A stretch of 64,000 nucleotides of DNA from Diadema antillarum (GCF_040938485.1 NW_027271262.1:1798001-1862000); one strand, 5' to 3'; counted from the stretch's first letter, positions 23,301-39,019 are shown. Notes: generated by a model from the letters alone, not told the origin. Numbers and translations: made by a program.

Positions 23301-26300
23301 AGCGACTAGCTTCATCAGGGCTTTCAGTAATAATAGCCCCCTTGCACATCAGTTTGGTAGTCGTAACCGTTGGCCTGTTGAAATATGAAATAAGAGGAAA
23401 TATAACGAAAATAAGTGTTTTGTAAATGCAACTTCCAATCCAGTTCCTGCATGCTTGACAAAATCTGATAAAAAGAAAAAGGGCGTAATTGAAATAGATA
23501 GAAAAGAAAAGGTATACACATTATACTGAAAGAGAGAGCAGCCGAATCAATGTAGCAAGAAAATTTAAGTTATACCTATACATCTTGAGAATTTAAAAGA
23601 CTACAAGCTCATTGGAGTTAAAATCTGATTTACTTATTGCTATAGCACTGAATTATTCATAGGCCAATTTTGATACCAACATTAATTCAGCGCAGCAACA
23701 TTGTTGATGTGCAGTTTTGTTAAAGAGTGTGTGAGAGGAAATTTTTCTGATATGTGTCAAAGCTGAAGGAAAAAATCATTCTGGATTGGATGTTGTGATG
23801 TGAAGGAACACTTAACGAGATAAGTATGATTAAGTGGAAGATTTGCGCTCGATTGTCGTGAGCTATTCATCCCTACGCGTACACCCGCATCATGTTGGAT
23901 AAAAAGCAAGCCAAAAACATTTATGTTTCAACACCATAGCTGATTGGGACTGATTGCCGACGGTAGTGTGCCAAAGAGACCCCACATGGCCTGGTTGAGA
24001 CATTCTAATTTTGCTGTTTGTCTTTCTCACCATAATTCTTTTGATGATGGATGTCCAAAGCTTTCGGAAATGATTGTGATACACATCATTTTGAGCTGGA
24101 ATGACCCCCACCCCCTCCCCCCAAAACAAGAGGAAAGAATTATTCCTGTGCTCTTTTGAAGGCAACATCAATACGGCTTTCTTCCTGCATGCTTCATCCA
24201 TGCCGAGCAGTTTTGGCTAAACGCAGGTCCATCACCCACGTGCGTAGTTTCGTCGCCCCGAGTCGAACACTATAGCCGCCGCGTACTCGGGGGCCTCTCG
24301 CATGTTTAACCACAATATCCTCCCTTCCTTCTCCTCGTGGAAAGATTTGGAATGATGAAATTACAGTCCCCCCGCTTCTGTATTTAGCAACGCTGTGGAA
24401 ACTTTGTCTTATTCTCTTGCGTGCCTGGATGCCTCGGAGGGTTGGAAGGTGGTTCTGACTAGAGAGCACCAACAACCTACCACGATTACCCCCTTAGACT
24501 CCTCAAGAGTAGAAAATGATGGATCGCGTCCTGAGTTTGACGAAATATATATACTGTTAAGACTTGGAGTTCGTCGCTTTAATCGCCTACAAGGAACAAA
24601 AAACAGTCGTCGATAATGAGTTTTGATTGAGAGCCCTAGAGTTTCCTAATTTACTCTGTCTCTTCTGCGGAATTCGAGTGAACACTTCCCTCCCGCCTCA
24701 TTCTCGAGGAGTAACCAGCCGCGCGGCTTTGGTGCAGCTATTAATATCTCGACAGAGAATAATTACTCCAATTTGACACAAGTAGGATCGGGTGGTGTTT
24801 TATTCAGAATGATGTTAATAGCCTGACGTGATTACACTACCTCGGGTTTGAGATTGTTTTTCATTTTACTCAGCAAATCACAGCTAATAATCACTCATAT
24901 TCTTTAGGGCACAGAAATTTGCTGATAGTTATGAATGTTTCGTCATATTGTACTCGAGATTAAGCACGGACACGGAGTAACGAAGTATCAGAAAAAAAAA
25001 TCACTGCGACCACCATTATCATCACTCTTATCACACGAGATTCACGTTATCATATCTTTTTTTTTTATTCCTGAATAATCGTTATAAGGAAATATTTTGA
25101 TAAAATCGAGGAATTATACATTGACTAGTTCCCAGTCACATTTTCACATGCCTTTTGATCTGGTGTGTCTCATAAAATTTACGTCCAACATTATCAACGT
25201 ATTCAATGGAAACCTAATCTTGACTTCACATTAATGATGATATTTTTATAGGCTGCATAATTATAATAACATAAAATAAAATTACTCTGAACAGAAGAAG
25301 CATACTAAATCTAGACTCGTTTTAGTTTGAAGTTGAACCATGTTTTGACTTTTTGCGTTGCCAATAAATAGACATTAATTTATTCTTTTTTACTTTATTT
25401 TGATTTTTACCTTTTTTTTTCTTGAGGCGAATGATTGATTTGAAATGTGTAAAACCAGACATTGCTTTGTGATATATGAATTGATCCATTTGCCAAGAGA
25501 TTTCTTAAGAAGATAAACATATTCATGATTTATATTCAAGAGGGAAATTGCCATGCAGAATACGTCTTCGGATAAAGTCTTGTGAGCTAGATATTATACT
25601 GTTATTGAGGGAAGCGATCATTCCCCCCCCCCCTTAAGTTTGTCTTTGGAAATTGTGAGAGCAACTTCTAGGACGTCACGAAAATTGATGTGTGAACAGC
25701 GTGTGAAAGCACAGCCCGACGTGTTTGCGAGATATACAGGATTTCATTTGCACAAATGATTAGTGGAAGTGACGCTGCAGTCACCGAGAGGGTAAACATT
25801 AAGTTTCTATGGAAATTCCCTTTAGGAGAACAATGGCCAACAACAATCATTGGTAATTAGAAGAGCCTAACCCCCGCTTCTCCAATTGGAAAACCAATTT
25901 TGTCGAATAACATTGACAATATAGCGTGGGTGCTGCAATCACTCATGCACATTTTGTTGCACCCCCCCCCCCCTCCCATAAGATTAGCTGGGAGTAATAA
26001 TACTCATCATTCTAAAGTGGTTAAAACCTACATGAAAACTTGCCACAAATCACAACCAACTTCAATAAACAAACAAACAAAAACAAAATAAAGAATGCGA
26101 AATTTTAGAATCAAAGCTAGAACTTCTGTTGCGTGTAATGGCATTGAAAATAGTATTGGGGGCGAATCGTATAAATGTTATGATTTCTTCACAATCACTT
26201 TATTGATTTCTTCTTACGTTTCAACGTGCCTTCTATGAACGGACAATACGAGGTACACGCAAAAGTAGTAATTCTATACCTGTAGACCTTAATTACACTT

Positions 26301-29300
26301 GTCGTATTCCCCGTGATATGACGAAAACATGACATTTGAAACGATTCTGGTTTCTGTCAGAACAAGATCAGAAATATGTTTAGCCTGGGGCTATTATATC
26401 CCCTTTTGTCTGCTACATAAACGCACTACCCTAAAAGACCAGTATTTTTTTCTTCTTTAACTCGGCGGTCCCCGGGTACGCCATTAACAAGCGACGCTCG
26501 ACTTGATGTCTATCGGGCTAGAAGCGGCGCACGCGAAGCCGAGCGGCTGGTGGACAATAACAGACACTCGCACACGCTTACAGCCTCTTTCCCCCCTCAC
26601 GGGCGCGGTGGGATTTTTTGTTGTCTTAATGCTTTGTACGCCTCGTGTACAACGGACAAGCTTCACCGCTAATCTCTCCAATATCAGTCAAGTTTGAACA
26701 TGATCTTGACAGAAACTGCCGGAGGGAAAACCGATGAATATTAAGCAGGAAAGGTCGTACACACTGCGTAAACTTAATTCAGGGGAGAAGAGAGAAGAAG
26801 GAACCTGCTTAAGTCTAAGATGTAGTCCCACGCGTTAATTATTATGGTGGCCTGACATAACATGAACAGGAAGACGTGGGGTTATGGGTATGTGGGACAG
26901 TTAATTTGATGGGTTCGATCTCACTTTGTGGTAAAACTTTGGCGATTACAGAGTTAAAAGCGCTAATGCTGATTGACGTAGGTTTTTGAATGGAGCATTA
27001 TTTTTTATTTGCCCATGGCCTTTAAAGCTTAAGTGACATTCAAGTTAATTTCCAATCCCAGTTTTTTTTTTCTTCGCTCTTATTGATTACATTTTCATCC
27101 CTAACACAGATAGTGGCCGTTCATCGATGTCGAATTCCAAACAGGCTTGTCAAGAGAACAAGTCTCGGGCTTTAACCAGTTAACGAAAAGTTATATTCCA
27201 GCGTAGGATCACTCATTTTAGTTTAGTTTAGCCTATCACATAGGTGTACCACATTTCCTTTATTTCACATTATTATTTCATCTGGTCAGAACTTTCTTAT
27301 CCGCTCTCCCATTTTCATTCACTAACATCGATTATTCGGGGCTCGCAGCCGAACAAGCTGCCTTTTATGTAGGTCCCGCCATACTTCTCCTTGTACAACC
27401 CGAACCGATTGTCTTAACTTTGTCTTCGAGAGTAAGAAAGAAAAGAAAAAACTACTCTTAATAAGCCTGTGCACGTGATAGAAAAAGCTTAAATAATATC
27501 CATGGCATGGTGCCTGAACAGAAAAAGACACTTTGGAATTTGAACCCGTTGTAAATCAGAATATAATTGCAAAGTGGAAGGGATGGAACAGGAAAGTTCT
27601 TAAAGTCCAAGGCCTGGTGAAACGATTTTGGGGCGATTGTCTCGGTCTAAAGGAGCAGTTTCCCAAAACATGTAGTTTATAGGGACCTACGTGTATAGAT
27701 TTACAGAAATTACCGCAGAGCAGTGCAAAACACTATGAGTATTTATTGTGATATTTTAAATATATCAGAGATTTTATTCAAGGGTTGTAAATCATAAACG
27801 ATTTTGTATCATTTCATTTGCCGACCTAGATAGGGAACTTGTGCATAAAGTCGTGACGTCATTATAGTAGTAGAACGAATCAGAATAAAATAGAGCAAGT
27901 TTCACAAAGGAATATTTTCTCTAGGACAAGGATATGACGAAACACTTTTGTTTCTTTAGAAACCCTTGACTTAGCTTATAACATGATGAAAGAAGGCGTC
28001 AATCGACATGGTGACACTCACGATATTATCGATAATAGTTTACATCGATGATATCGCAAATAGGGTCGTGACTATACGAACTCCTTTCACACATTCTCTA
28101 ACTTACAGTTAGAGGTTTCTTGGGCGTCGTTATCATCGAAGTTAGCTAAGTAGAAGTGAAGTTGAAGTTAGGGCCGCGTCGTGTGAGCTTAGCTGATATA
28201 CATATCAGTTATCATACAGGCCAAAGGACGGTGCACTTTTAATAAAGAATAAAAGCCACGTAAACAAAGCCTTCGTTTTTGTTTTTGTTTTTGTTTTAAG
28301 CTGTGAAATAACGCTTGCTTTCCACGAACGGTATATACAAGACGAAAGGAATTTCAAGTGCTCCACTTAACAAAAGCAATAATTGCAAGCCCGTACGCAC
28401 TATGAAAGCAGAGAATGGGAGGGGAAAAAAAGATCCGTCATGCCTGTTGCTACTATTGAAACTGTGGTGGATGGCGTGTTGAAGGCATATCTTTATTCAA
28501 TAGCCGCCGCACACAAGAGCATATGATAGACCGCTAATGCCGCTAATTACTGTCCTTTTAGTTTAACCCAATAACCCATTCACCGATACTTAGCTTTCCA
28601 TAGAACCACGATATCTACTCGCTCGCGCGTGCGTGCGCGTGTGCGGGTTGAATCGCGCATCTCCGCATTGAACCAACAATTCGGCGCCACTGCCTTTGTA
28701 TGTGTGCGCTGTATCCGAGTTGTGAACAAACCGTGGACAGGAAGAGGGGGGCGCATCGGAGGAAACGGTGCCGTTGTCTTGCGATCCCATGATGCCGTAG
28801 TTCTGGTAGATGGTTTTGGTCAGTTAAACAGACACCGTTTCCGGGAGCTGGTGCCTAAGCCCCCAAACCGTGACGATGTTTTTAATTTTGTCACCCGAAC
28901 CTTTGTCGGGGATGTCAAACGTAAGCGAAGAGAAATTTAGTGCCGAAATCTACGGTTGAATGGAGAGATAAAACAACATGCTTTCATCGTCTGAATGCAT
29001 TTCTTGGGATGTTTCATCTCGTTTCGTAGGCACGAGGCGCCCACAATCATTATGAATACTTAATCAGGAAACATCAACATTCATTTGCAGGAATCTAGAG
29101 GTCATAATCAGACTGGTCCACGATTAGGAGGAGGCTCTAAAGTGACTAGATCTCGCCAGCTATCAGCTATCAGCTGCAGGATCTAGATTTAGGCTTCTTC
29201 TCTTTCCGCCCCCCTTCCCCCATAAAGACAACACAACCATGAAGATGAAAACAAAAGCACTCTCTACTGGTCGCGTTCCTATTACCATCACCGTTATGCG

Positions 29301-31379
29301 CGAACTCACTGTATATATGGAAATTATGAAACGTCAACAAAAACAACAAAAAAATTCAACAGGAAAAGAATGCAACCAACCAGCAAAAGAATTAAGAGCG
29401 AAATGCGGCATATATATTAAATGTAAAACAAAAGAAAATCGAAAACCTGACAAAAAACCTTAAGAGACATCGCCTTCAAAAGCAATGTTAGTTTATTTGA
29501 AAATTGAGGAAAAAACAACAATCCTTCTGAAATTTGTCCAAGTCGGACACATACTACAATGCAGACAGTTATGACAACTGAAGTACTGATGATGTACAGA
29601 TAATAATCTGTACTTTTGACTCTGTACTTTTGTCGGAAATGAATAAAACGAAAATGAAAATATGAATGAAAATGAAAATGATAAAAAATAACTATTTATG
29701 AAACGAATAAGGATATCCATGATAATTTTCTGTGCACTTCACATCAACATTTTAATAATAACACTCTGTTAAACAGCTTATGTACTAGAATGCATGTTTA
29801 AATACACATCAAGTTGATTTATTCTATATAGGCATAATCAGGAATAAGAATAAATCATTACATTTGTGAAAAGAAAGACATTTTCACCGCTATTTTGAAA
29901 AATTCAAGTGAGGGCATTTTCTTTATTTCTATGGTGATTATATCAATTGCAGTATGAGAGCTGTGATAATGATACAAATTGTTACAATGCATGTAATAAT
30001 AACAATAATAATAATAATAATAACAATAATTTACACTTATATAGCGCTTCATACAAAAATTTTCCAAAAACTTTACAAAATATATTCATTCATTACTTAA
30101 ACTTGACTGCAATAAATTTGAAAGTTCAATATCATTACTATACAATAAATATAAACATATAGATAAATTAGAATGCAGTCATAAAAATGCTAAACAAAAA
30201 GCTACATAACAAAATGAGAATTACTAACTGCGAGTAATTTTGAATATATTGATACTCCAAATTAATACATATTTAGATATCTTTTTACTAAACTGAAAAA
30301 AAAAATCAGTTGGGCAATGAAAAATTCAAGATACAAAGAGAAAAGACCACACTCTTTTTGGACGTCAGTAAATAGAATATTCATCATCTCATGATTGATG
30401 ACGGTCATTAGAAGAATTTAATGGCCATAATGTCACTTTCTGAGATCATGGTTTCTTTTAGATTTTGTTGAGACGAATAAATCATGTCATAATCTTCCAG
30501 TCCATGCAGGGAGCTGCATAAGGGAATAGGCGATATTCTATAAAACGGCAAAGGAAAGAGCAGAGCAGTGAAATGTCATCAAAGTTTGCACAAGGACTCA
30601 TGTTTAGTGAAACTTGTCTTGCTGGATATATCATTCGCTAAACGAAATTTTTGTTTATAATGAGGGAAAGGTTTCCTACAAGTTGTTAAAGCTCTTCCCT
30701 CCTATGGGTGTGTGATTGTGTGTTTTAAGAAAACTTCATACTCAACAAAATTCACTGACTTTTAGATTTCGAAATACCACTCAAAGTTTGCATAAACTCC
30801 TGTAGGTTCTATTAAAAAAAAAACTTATCGAATTTACACTGAAGCCCTTAAACTCATAATGTCCCATCAAAAGTGCGTGTATAGCCACGTACTGTGACGA
30901 GAAGTATCTACAATAATGTAGGCCTATTGGTACGTCACTGGATGGAAAGTGACAGAACTATAGAATAAAGTAACATTGTAGTATTCTCTGATACACATAC
31001 ATTTATTTACAAATGACTTTGTATTAGATAAATGTAGATTGTAAAAGCGTAGTTTGTCGTCCATTTCATTGGAGGTCCATGGCTGTCCCTGCAAACACTA
31101 AGCGAACAAATCAGTTGACCTTTTCATGACAGTGTCGAAATCGTAAACTAAAATAAAAGCTATTAAAATGTTAATTTTAAGACTAACAACTGGTTGACTT
31201 CAGTTTGTACTATACCTCAATGTGTCATAACGTTCTATGTGGAGAAAAAAAAAATCATAAGGACATCTTTTATCATAGCACCTGTGATCGTAATGACGAG
31301 GAATTTTATGCCATTTATCTCATTCTCCGTCAAAAAAAGAGAAAAAGAAATAAAAGAATAGAAGGCAGAGAGATAGAGT

Positions 31380-31423
<44 letters not shown>

Positions 31424-31689
31424 AATAAGACAAAGCAAGAAAGAAAACCACGATGGCCCAGCGATCGGTCAGAGCAATTAGCATTTTACAGTCCCATTCG
31501 CTCAAGGCTATGCTGGACTCAAAAGGAAATCGCCCCGCTTCCAACACCAACAGAGGGACTTTCGCTCACTGCAAAACATCGAGCAGGTGAAGGGGAAACT
31601 GGAAATCATTTCCGCAGGACCGAGGCTAAAATTAAAGCACCCGTGCTTCGTGACCGACGCATTCAATGGAAATTACTATGATTCTATAC

Positions 31690-32122
31690 TTCCTAAGGAT
31701 TAATTTGAAATGATGTGAACAATGTTTTTGTGTTGCCTTTTTTCCAATCCTGTCTGTCCTGTAATGCCTGTCCTGTTTTGAATTACTTTACATATTACTT
31801 TTGTACTTAAGAAAGTGTAAGTGTTTGGGTCCGATCGGATGGGTTGTCCATAGCGTACAAGCACTGCTCTTTAGCAGACCCCTCATTTCTTTTCTTTTTT
31901 GTTTCTCAGAACATAGATAATGTAACAAGTTTGGTTTGAAACTGTGTATATATGTTTTTTATTCTTTAAAAACCTCTAATTTTCATCTTACAGTCAATCA
32001 ATGTTTACGTGTCTACTCAAGATCATTTGTAAATTTCTTGTAATACTGTGATATGTTCAGTGGAAGAATATGAAAAATAAAGGGAACTGAAATTGAGCAG
32101 AAATTGAACTGATATTGAACTT
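31690..32122 (+). mobile_element. Probable 5'-truncated non-LTR retrotransposon 3'UTR and tail
   Basis: T-rich UTR-like sequence with a stem-loop-like block (CAAGCACTGCTCTTTAGCAGACCCCTC), then AATAAA, then degenerate (AAATTG/AACTG)n tail repeats. No ORF remains. Confidence 0.45.
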
Positions 32123-35100
32123 GATGCATGTGCACGCTGTGATCAGTCTTGGCTTATCCGCCAAGAAGGCGCACTTTCTGATCTTCACAATGCTTTTTTT
32201 TTAGTGGTTTTTCTTTTTCACCCTATCAATATGTAGATCCATAAATTTCATTTATCATATTTTGTAATGTTGACATATTACGTACTTATATCTTATGTAT
32301 TAAAAAAAATGAATTTACAAGTTTTGTTGGAGATGGGAAAAAATGAATGAATGAATGTTTGAATGAAAGGACCGTGTGTAGATGTCACGCTGGCGATGAA
32401 TATAGCGCCCAACAAATGCTGTCGATAATTTCATTTGGTAGTTATAAACAATTAGGGCTTATCCTTAAATTTAAACGGATACACAATTAAGAGATGCAGA
32501 AAACAAGGACATGAGATGATAATCCGGGACTTCGAAATGAAACGGCGCACCTGCACTAAATAGTGTTCGGTTGGAAGCTAATGCGTCTATACCATTACAT
32601 TAATTACCTTATTTGAGCTTCATCACATTAAATTTCATTTAATTTGCAGTTGACTGTATAGATCTAGTCCAAAGAGAAGAATATCTGAAATGTTCAAAAT
32701 TAATGAATGTCAGATGAATAATTACGCCCTACTCAAAAACTAAAGTAGCTCAGAAGTATAATATTAGGCACTTAGAAATGTTTATTTGATTCAGGGTAAT
32801 AAGCATTATAATTTGCTTCATTTGACCTTTAATAATTTTTTTTCTATCTATTGATTTTGTACATGCAAACACTTTGAAACCTATAGGAATCATTCCATAA
32901 CGTACATGTACGTACATGCCAGTATTATGTAAGTACATGTATATGACTTACCGGGAAATGAATTGTGGTCGATTTGTATGTCCAGAGTGATTTTTGATCG
33001 GATTTTCCTTGGGTCATGACACGTATAATTTGTTAATTTCCCAGTTCGATAATTGCCATAAGGTCCTTATATGTGAATTCGTCTGACAGAGATTTTGTTG
33101 AGTTTACGCTTTCCCTAAAGACAGATAATTTGAAGATTTCCAGGGGCGCTCTTTGTAAGTGTAATCAGGCGCGCGTAATTGTGTGTGTAGAGCGCAGTGG
33201 TGCACGATTTATGGATGGCGGTGTTATGTCTGCTAATTTGACGATGTGTGGTGTCTAACACAAACCAATCCACAAGGGGAATGATATTAGGTACCAAAAC
33301 CAAATGATCAAACAGGAGAAGGAAAAAAAGCAGATGAAGGAGAAGAACAAGAAGTAGAAATCATTTTCAAAAGGAACACTAGAGGTCCCTATGAAATTTT
33401 TCCATCATCTCTTTACCCGTTCGCATACTTACAAAGCCTCATAATAATAACTGACAATGGAATATTGTTTTCGTCACCCCAGGAAAAAAATGCTTCACAC
33501 TTTCTGTCAGTTTCATATACAGAAGTATATCTGCTCTAGATTTGTACACTTTCTTATTCTTCTTCTTTAAAAAAAAAATAAGATGGGAAACCATTAATTG
33601 TTCCATGATTTACTTTTGTGTGTATTCATATGTTAATGTGAAATTGCATTTTTTGGTCGGAAATGAAATGAAATGAAATGAAAAAAAAATGAAATGATGC
33701 AACTATTACACAGAGCCGCAGTAAATATACAGTGCATTATCATTTCTCCTATCATCGATCAAGAAACAAAAATCCCATTTTCAAATAAGTATAACAATCT
33801 CATGTACAGTCTACTTAAAAGCATCGTTTATCCAGATAAGCCATAATAATATGAATAAGGATGATAATGTTTAGAATACTATTTCATTATAACTCTCAGG
33901 AAGTACTGTGACTTTGATATAATTCTGTCTAGAAAACTTCTTTCTTCAAGATTTTTGCAATAATAGTGTAAAATCACCTTCTTCCTCGAATATCATTGAA
34001 ATATTTCATGAGGACTCTTTAGGCATTTTGGATGCAAGACAAACTAAGAAGAAATAAAGCGATCAAGTGATTTAGATAAATTCGCTTCAGCAAATTTTCT
34101 CTCCAACTGTATGAGATGACCTGCTGTTTGGTAGTAAACAATGCATGCATTGAAGCAAACCTTTCTTCATTATACCGTGTCCAATGTCTGCCATCAAGAT
34201 TACAGGGGAAGATAAAAGGGAACCGTCTGAATAATCAAAATGAACTGGAGCAGCTTCCACGCTAAACTCCTGACTAAATTTGGCGTCCGTGCTTCGAACC
34301 GCTGTACAATATTCGCTGGCCCACCCGCTGGTAACAGCTCGCCGTGTCTAGCGAAGCCACGGCGGCAGTCCCTAGCGGTAGCTCGGGCAACGGTGTCAAG
34401 GCACGTATGTCCCCTGGAAGTACGCGCCGAGAGTTTTTCCAATAGCCCGACTCAAACCCTTTTCATCCCCAGCGTTCTATTTTTCCAGGTTTCCTGTATG
34501 AAGGTGAGATGATAGCTGCACAGATCTCACAGCCTTTCAAGAAAAACGCACACATAAATCTTCAAAGTCGGTATTTCAATCGGCGAAAATTTAATCAAAC
34601 ATCCTCGATTATATAGCTATGTCTATTTTCGCGCATTCGGCGCCTACAAGGCAATGATTGTTATTGGAAGGAGAGAAAATGTTATTTTGACAGATGTATT
34701 TCTACTTCAAGATCATACATAAGCAAACTAGGCGAGTGTTTTGGAGAAAAAAAAAAGGGTGATCAAACGAATGCATTATGACAGACAGTTTCCTGGCAAG
34801 TATACTATTCTCTAAGAAACCGGAAATTAAAGATCTACAAATTAAGACGATAGACGCTTACGGAAACGGCATGAGATCTGACAATCGCTCACGAAATATA
34901 CAAAGGTAGTCAAGCTGTGGTCAGCGATTTGAAGATCTTAATGAACGAAACAAACATAACATCAGAAAACGATTCAAAGAAAACAGAGATAGTTTGGTGT
35001 GGACATTCCGATGAAAAAAATTCATGTAATTGGTGTTTAGCTCGCTATAGAGATATCTTGGTGGCAAAAACGAATTTACACTTTGCGATAACCCGATAAT

Positions 35101-36827
35101 GGGAGGCAATAGAAAATCCGAGTAAATCGTCTGATAACATAACATAGTGATAACAGAGACTTCCGGTGAAAAGTATTTAACTGATAATCTCCTTTTAAAG
35201 CATAGAAATATGAGCTGTTACTATAATTTGTATCACGTGCACTAATTTCCGGATACAGAATTGACGAAGTTGACTATTGAGAATGATTCGTTTACATTCT
35301 AAAAATGTTACTTGATCATTGTCGTAAGCAGATTCCGAAGTTAGTTTGCAAAATGGTGACAATGAACATGCCAAGGATAATTGCTGCGAACTGCCCCCTG
35401 CTCCCCCGAAATTCCATGCCTGCCGATTTGAGAAGCGCTCATGCATTTGGAATTCGTGACAAAATTATTTTCGTTGATATATTTGATTTCGTATTGCGTC
35501 GAGCGGTTATGATTTGATATTACTCCTCCATAAAACAAAATTATGAGGTCGAACCCTGAGCTATGGTAAGTTGAATAAAGCGGCTTTGCAGTGGTTCAGG
35601 AGTGGCACGCACCGGGTAATTGTGCGGGTTCAGCGCGCACGTGCCCCTGTGTCACCCGCATTTGCCGTTGGTTAAGCACCCGTGCCTCCGGAATAATGCC
35701 TTATCATAACTTGATGAAATTCATACATCGGGTTGGAGAGGAAGTGATGATAAAGACAGCCAGGAAATATTAAAGTACGAATATTATTCCCGCTGGTCGG
35801 AGTCCGAGGAAGGGTTTGTGATTACCACATAAGACAATCCCGTCACATTAGTCATGGGGCGGAATGAATTACCGGACTCGGGTTAGCATTCACCATGCAT
35901 CCAAAAACATAGAAACGAAAACCCTTATTAGTTTGTGGAATAACATTATGATATAAGTAACTTTTAAGTGGTCGAGGCAACCTGGTTCTTTTCCTTCTGT
36001 CAGAAAAAAGAAGAAGAAGACTATTTCATCCATATACAATATGTCTGACTAATTCTGCGATAACTGCGGCATGTGTAAACATATGACTGCTATTATCATA
36101 ACATCACGGTGTCATACCCCGCACACTCGGCGTGCACACGCGCCCGCTGCCACGCGCCTCCTGAGTTGAGGCTGCTTATGGATACGCTCGGCTAGTCAAA
36201 GGACATGCAAGGTTAAGGACACACTTGTGTACTTAGGCTACGACATCGATTTCATCGAAGTACGAAATAAGGTCGCTCCATCAAAGTAATTCGTGTAAAA
36301 CGACTACTTCTTCCACGACATATTTTCGCTGGGCCAAACCTCAACAGCTCTGCTTGCATGAAGTACCTTTATAGTTCAGATGATGTGTGATCTTATATCT
36401 TTATACTAGATTTTCGTTAGGTAATATGCTTCTTCACCAAAATGACAAAAATAAATGTCATTTATCAAAAGGATGCGACAGAGTAATATACTGGTTAATT
36501 TCCTGTAAACACTCTCACCAAAGGAAACTTTCAGTTTCATATATAGATTTACCTTAACATGCAATAATATTTCATTGCTTGGAGGAAAGACAGCGCACCC
36601 GTGGTGTGATGTTTTCACAAAATTGAAGTGTTCTTTCTAATTCTCTGCGAGAGAATTGACGACAAAAAAAAAGACACAAAACATGAGGAACAAAAACTGC
36701 CGTATGACAAGCTGGATGGAACATCTAACCATGTACCAGGCACAAGAATTTCACTTGCCCGTTTCTTCTTGAAGAAGCCTTACCAAGAGACCCCCTCCCC
36801 CCCCCCCCCCATGCTAACGTGAATACA

Positions 36828-36884
36828 TCACGGGATTATTGGATGTTTGCCTCTTTCTCCGATTCCTGAGCTTGACGTATTGAT
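36828..36884 (-). CDS. Candidate terminal coding exon of the ASC-like gene (INTSSSGIGERGKHPIIP*)
   Basis: Minus-strand acceptor TTATTTTCTTTCAATTTCGGACAG (CAG = 36887-36885). Phase 0 is compatible with the donor at 39859, and the frame is open for 18 codons then TGA. No homology support. Confidence 0.3.
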   Translation of the reverse strand: MNTSSSGIGERGKHPIIP

Positions 36885-38952
36885 CTGTCCGAAATTGAAA
36901 GAAAATAACGAAGCGGGGATTTATAGTTGACAGCAAGGAGTTAGTTAAAGTTTTCCCCCTCTCTCTCTGTCCCCCGTACAGTCTCTCTCGTTCGCCTTCT
37001 ATCGCTTCCTCCCCGTTAGAGATTCGGACTGCATTCGGTTTCACCTGCCCTGGTTTCCGTTCGGATCGCGGGTCTCCATTGGCGGAGCGGGGAAGAGCGC
37101 AAGCAACGGGAAGGACACAGGGGGAAAAACACCTGCCTCGCTGGATTGTGAAATGACGGAAAACTATTCATAACGGCGCTCCCATTCGTCGGACCCGGTA
37201 CAATTAGATGTCTGGAAAAAGAAAAGAAAACCCTTTCACTTAGAAATTAGCCATCTCTGAGCTTAATAAATCTATTCTTTTGATTTTTACACATTTGACA
37301 TATGACATTTGAAAGGAAGGGGGAAAAAACAACTAACAATCCACCGCGGTAAAAATGTAGATGATTTAAAGTTGTGTTGTCATCAAATAAACGAGTCATG
37401 ATAACCTTGTCCAATTTTTGCATTTAGCGCCACCATCGTTGTAATGCATTCACGTCTCTCCTTCAGTATTAAGAAAAATAAAACATCCGCCATTCGTTAA
37501 AGAGGTCATCATGACGTACAGATGAGATGATGTTAATGTAAGAGAGCTGCAGTTTGCTTCTGTTTGTGTGTGAGATTGTGTGCATGTGATTTATTATATG
37601 TTCCCTCTGTTTCTCAGGCATATTGATCGTTTCGTTTGACTATTACTACTATTTACTACTCACGAGGAGACTGCATTCTACAAGCTAGGCTTTTTTTCAG
37701 CAGTTCCCTCCACTTCCGACATCATTTTCTTGATACGATTCAGTTACAGTTTGCCTATGCATTTCCTTAAACCATGCATATGTTCTGTTTTATATAAAAA
37801 GAAATGAGCTGCATTGAGTTTCCTTGAATATGCAAAAGTTATATTGTACTCTAAAATTTTGCATTTGATTTTATGCAGAAAATGTCATATTTTACTCTGT
37901 GCCTTTGTCGGGAATGAAATAAAATGAAATTAAATGAAATTAAATGAAAAGAAATGAAATGAAACTATCTTCTGCATGTGGCGTGTATTAATCACTTTTT
38001 CTCCTTCACATTTGGTCGTGATTCTGCACGCAATAAACGTTTAAATACAATAACCGTTTGACTCTGTTTCTCTGAAAATACTTTTTGGAAACACAACCTC
38101 TCATTTAGAAATGGTCTCTCAGTTTGATCGTATCCAATACAGCGTGATGCATCTCCTTCGGTTGGATAGAGTAATCAGTTCTATAAAGCGGTGTTGGGTT
38201 TGCTGCAGAAAGATTTTTTTTTTCACGATGCTCTGTAAACTTATGTTTTGAAAAGAAACAAACTGAGAAATATTTTTCGAAAGTTCTTGTGAGAGATAAT
38301 ATCGTATGTTTTCCCGAATTACAGATTATTTGATAGGTGTAACTTAGTGTTTGGAAAACCCGCTGTGAGCAAAATGAAGATATATAATCATGTGAACTAG
38401 TGCATGTTTTACAGCAAAAAAAAAATGCTTATGTCGTGATAGTCAATGAGGTTTATAACGGGTGAGATTTTTTCCTTTTTTTTTAAATAGATATTAGAAA
38501 TAAAGAAAGAAATTGTTGGGGAACAATTATGTAACATACTTGTCATATAGAAAGCCCACTGCTTGTCAGAGGTGGAGAAAAAGGGTTCGGCCAAGATTTT
38601 TTTTTTTTTTTGAGGGGTGGATGGAACAAAATTTTTAACTGTAGTTTTAAAAACGTAAAGGTTATAATTCCATCTGCCAACAACTTATAGGGACCTTTTC
38701 CTTTCTTCATATAGATGTATGCCTTGTCACAACTTTCTAAGGTTTAATATATTCTTACATGATACTTTTTTTTTGTATGGTATACCACACAGTATGGAAC
38801 GTGTTACCCATCGAAGGTTTTCCTTGGAGATTTCCCTTCTTGTATATTGCAAGGTCAACGATACATCATTTGGATAACTTGTTAGAAACCATAAAATGGG
38901 ATTATGATCTTTATCGTACTATGCACATCTATATAACTTATGAGCTATATCA

Positions 38953-38958
38953 CACGCG

Positions 38959-39019
<61 letters not shown>
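38953..39019. repeat. (CA)n microsatellite
   Basis: Direct reading. Confidence 0.9.
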
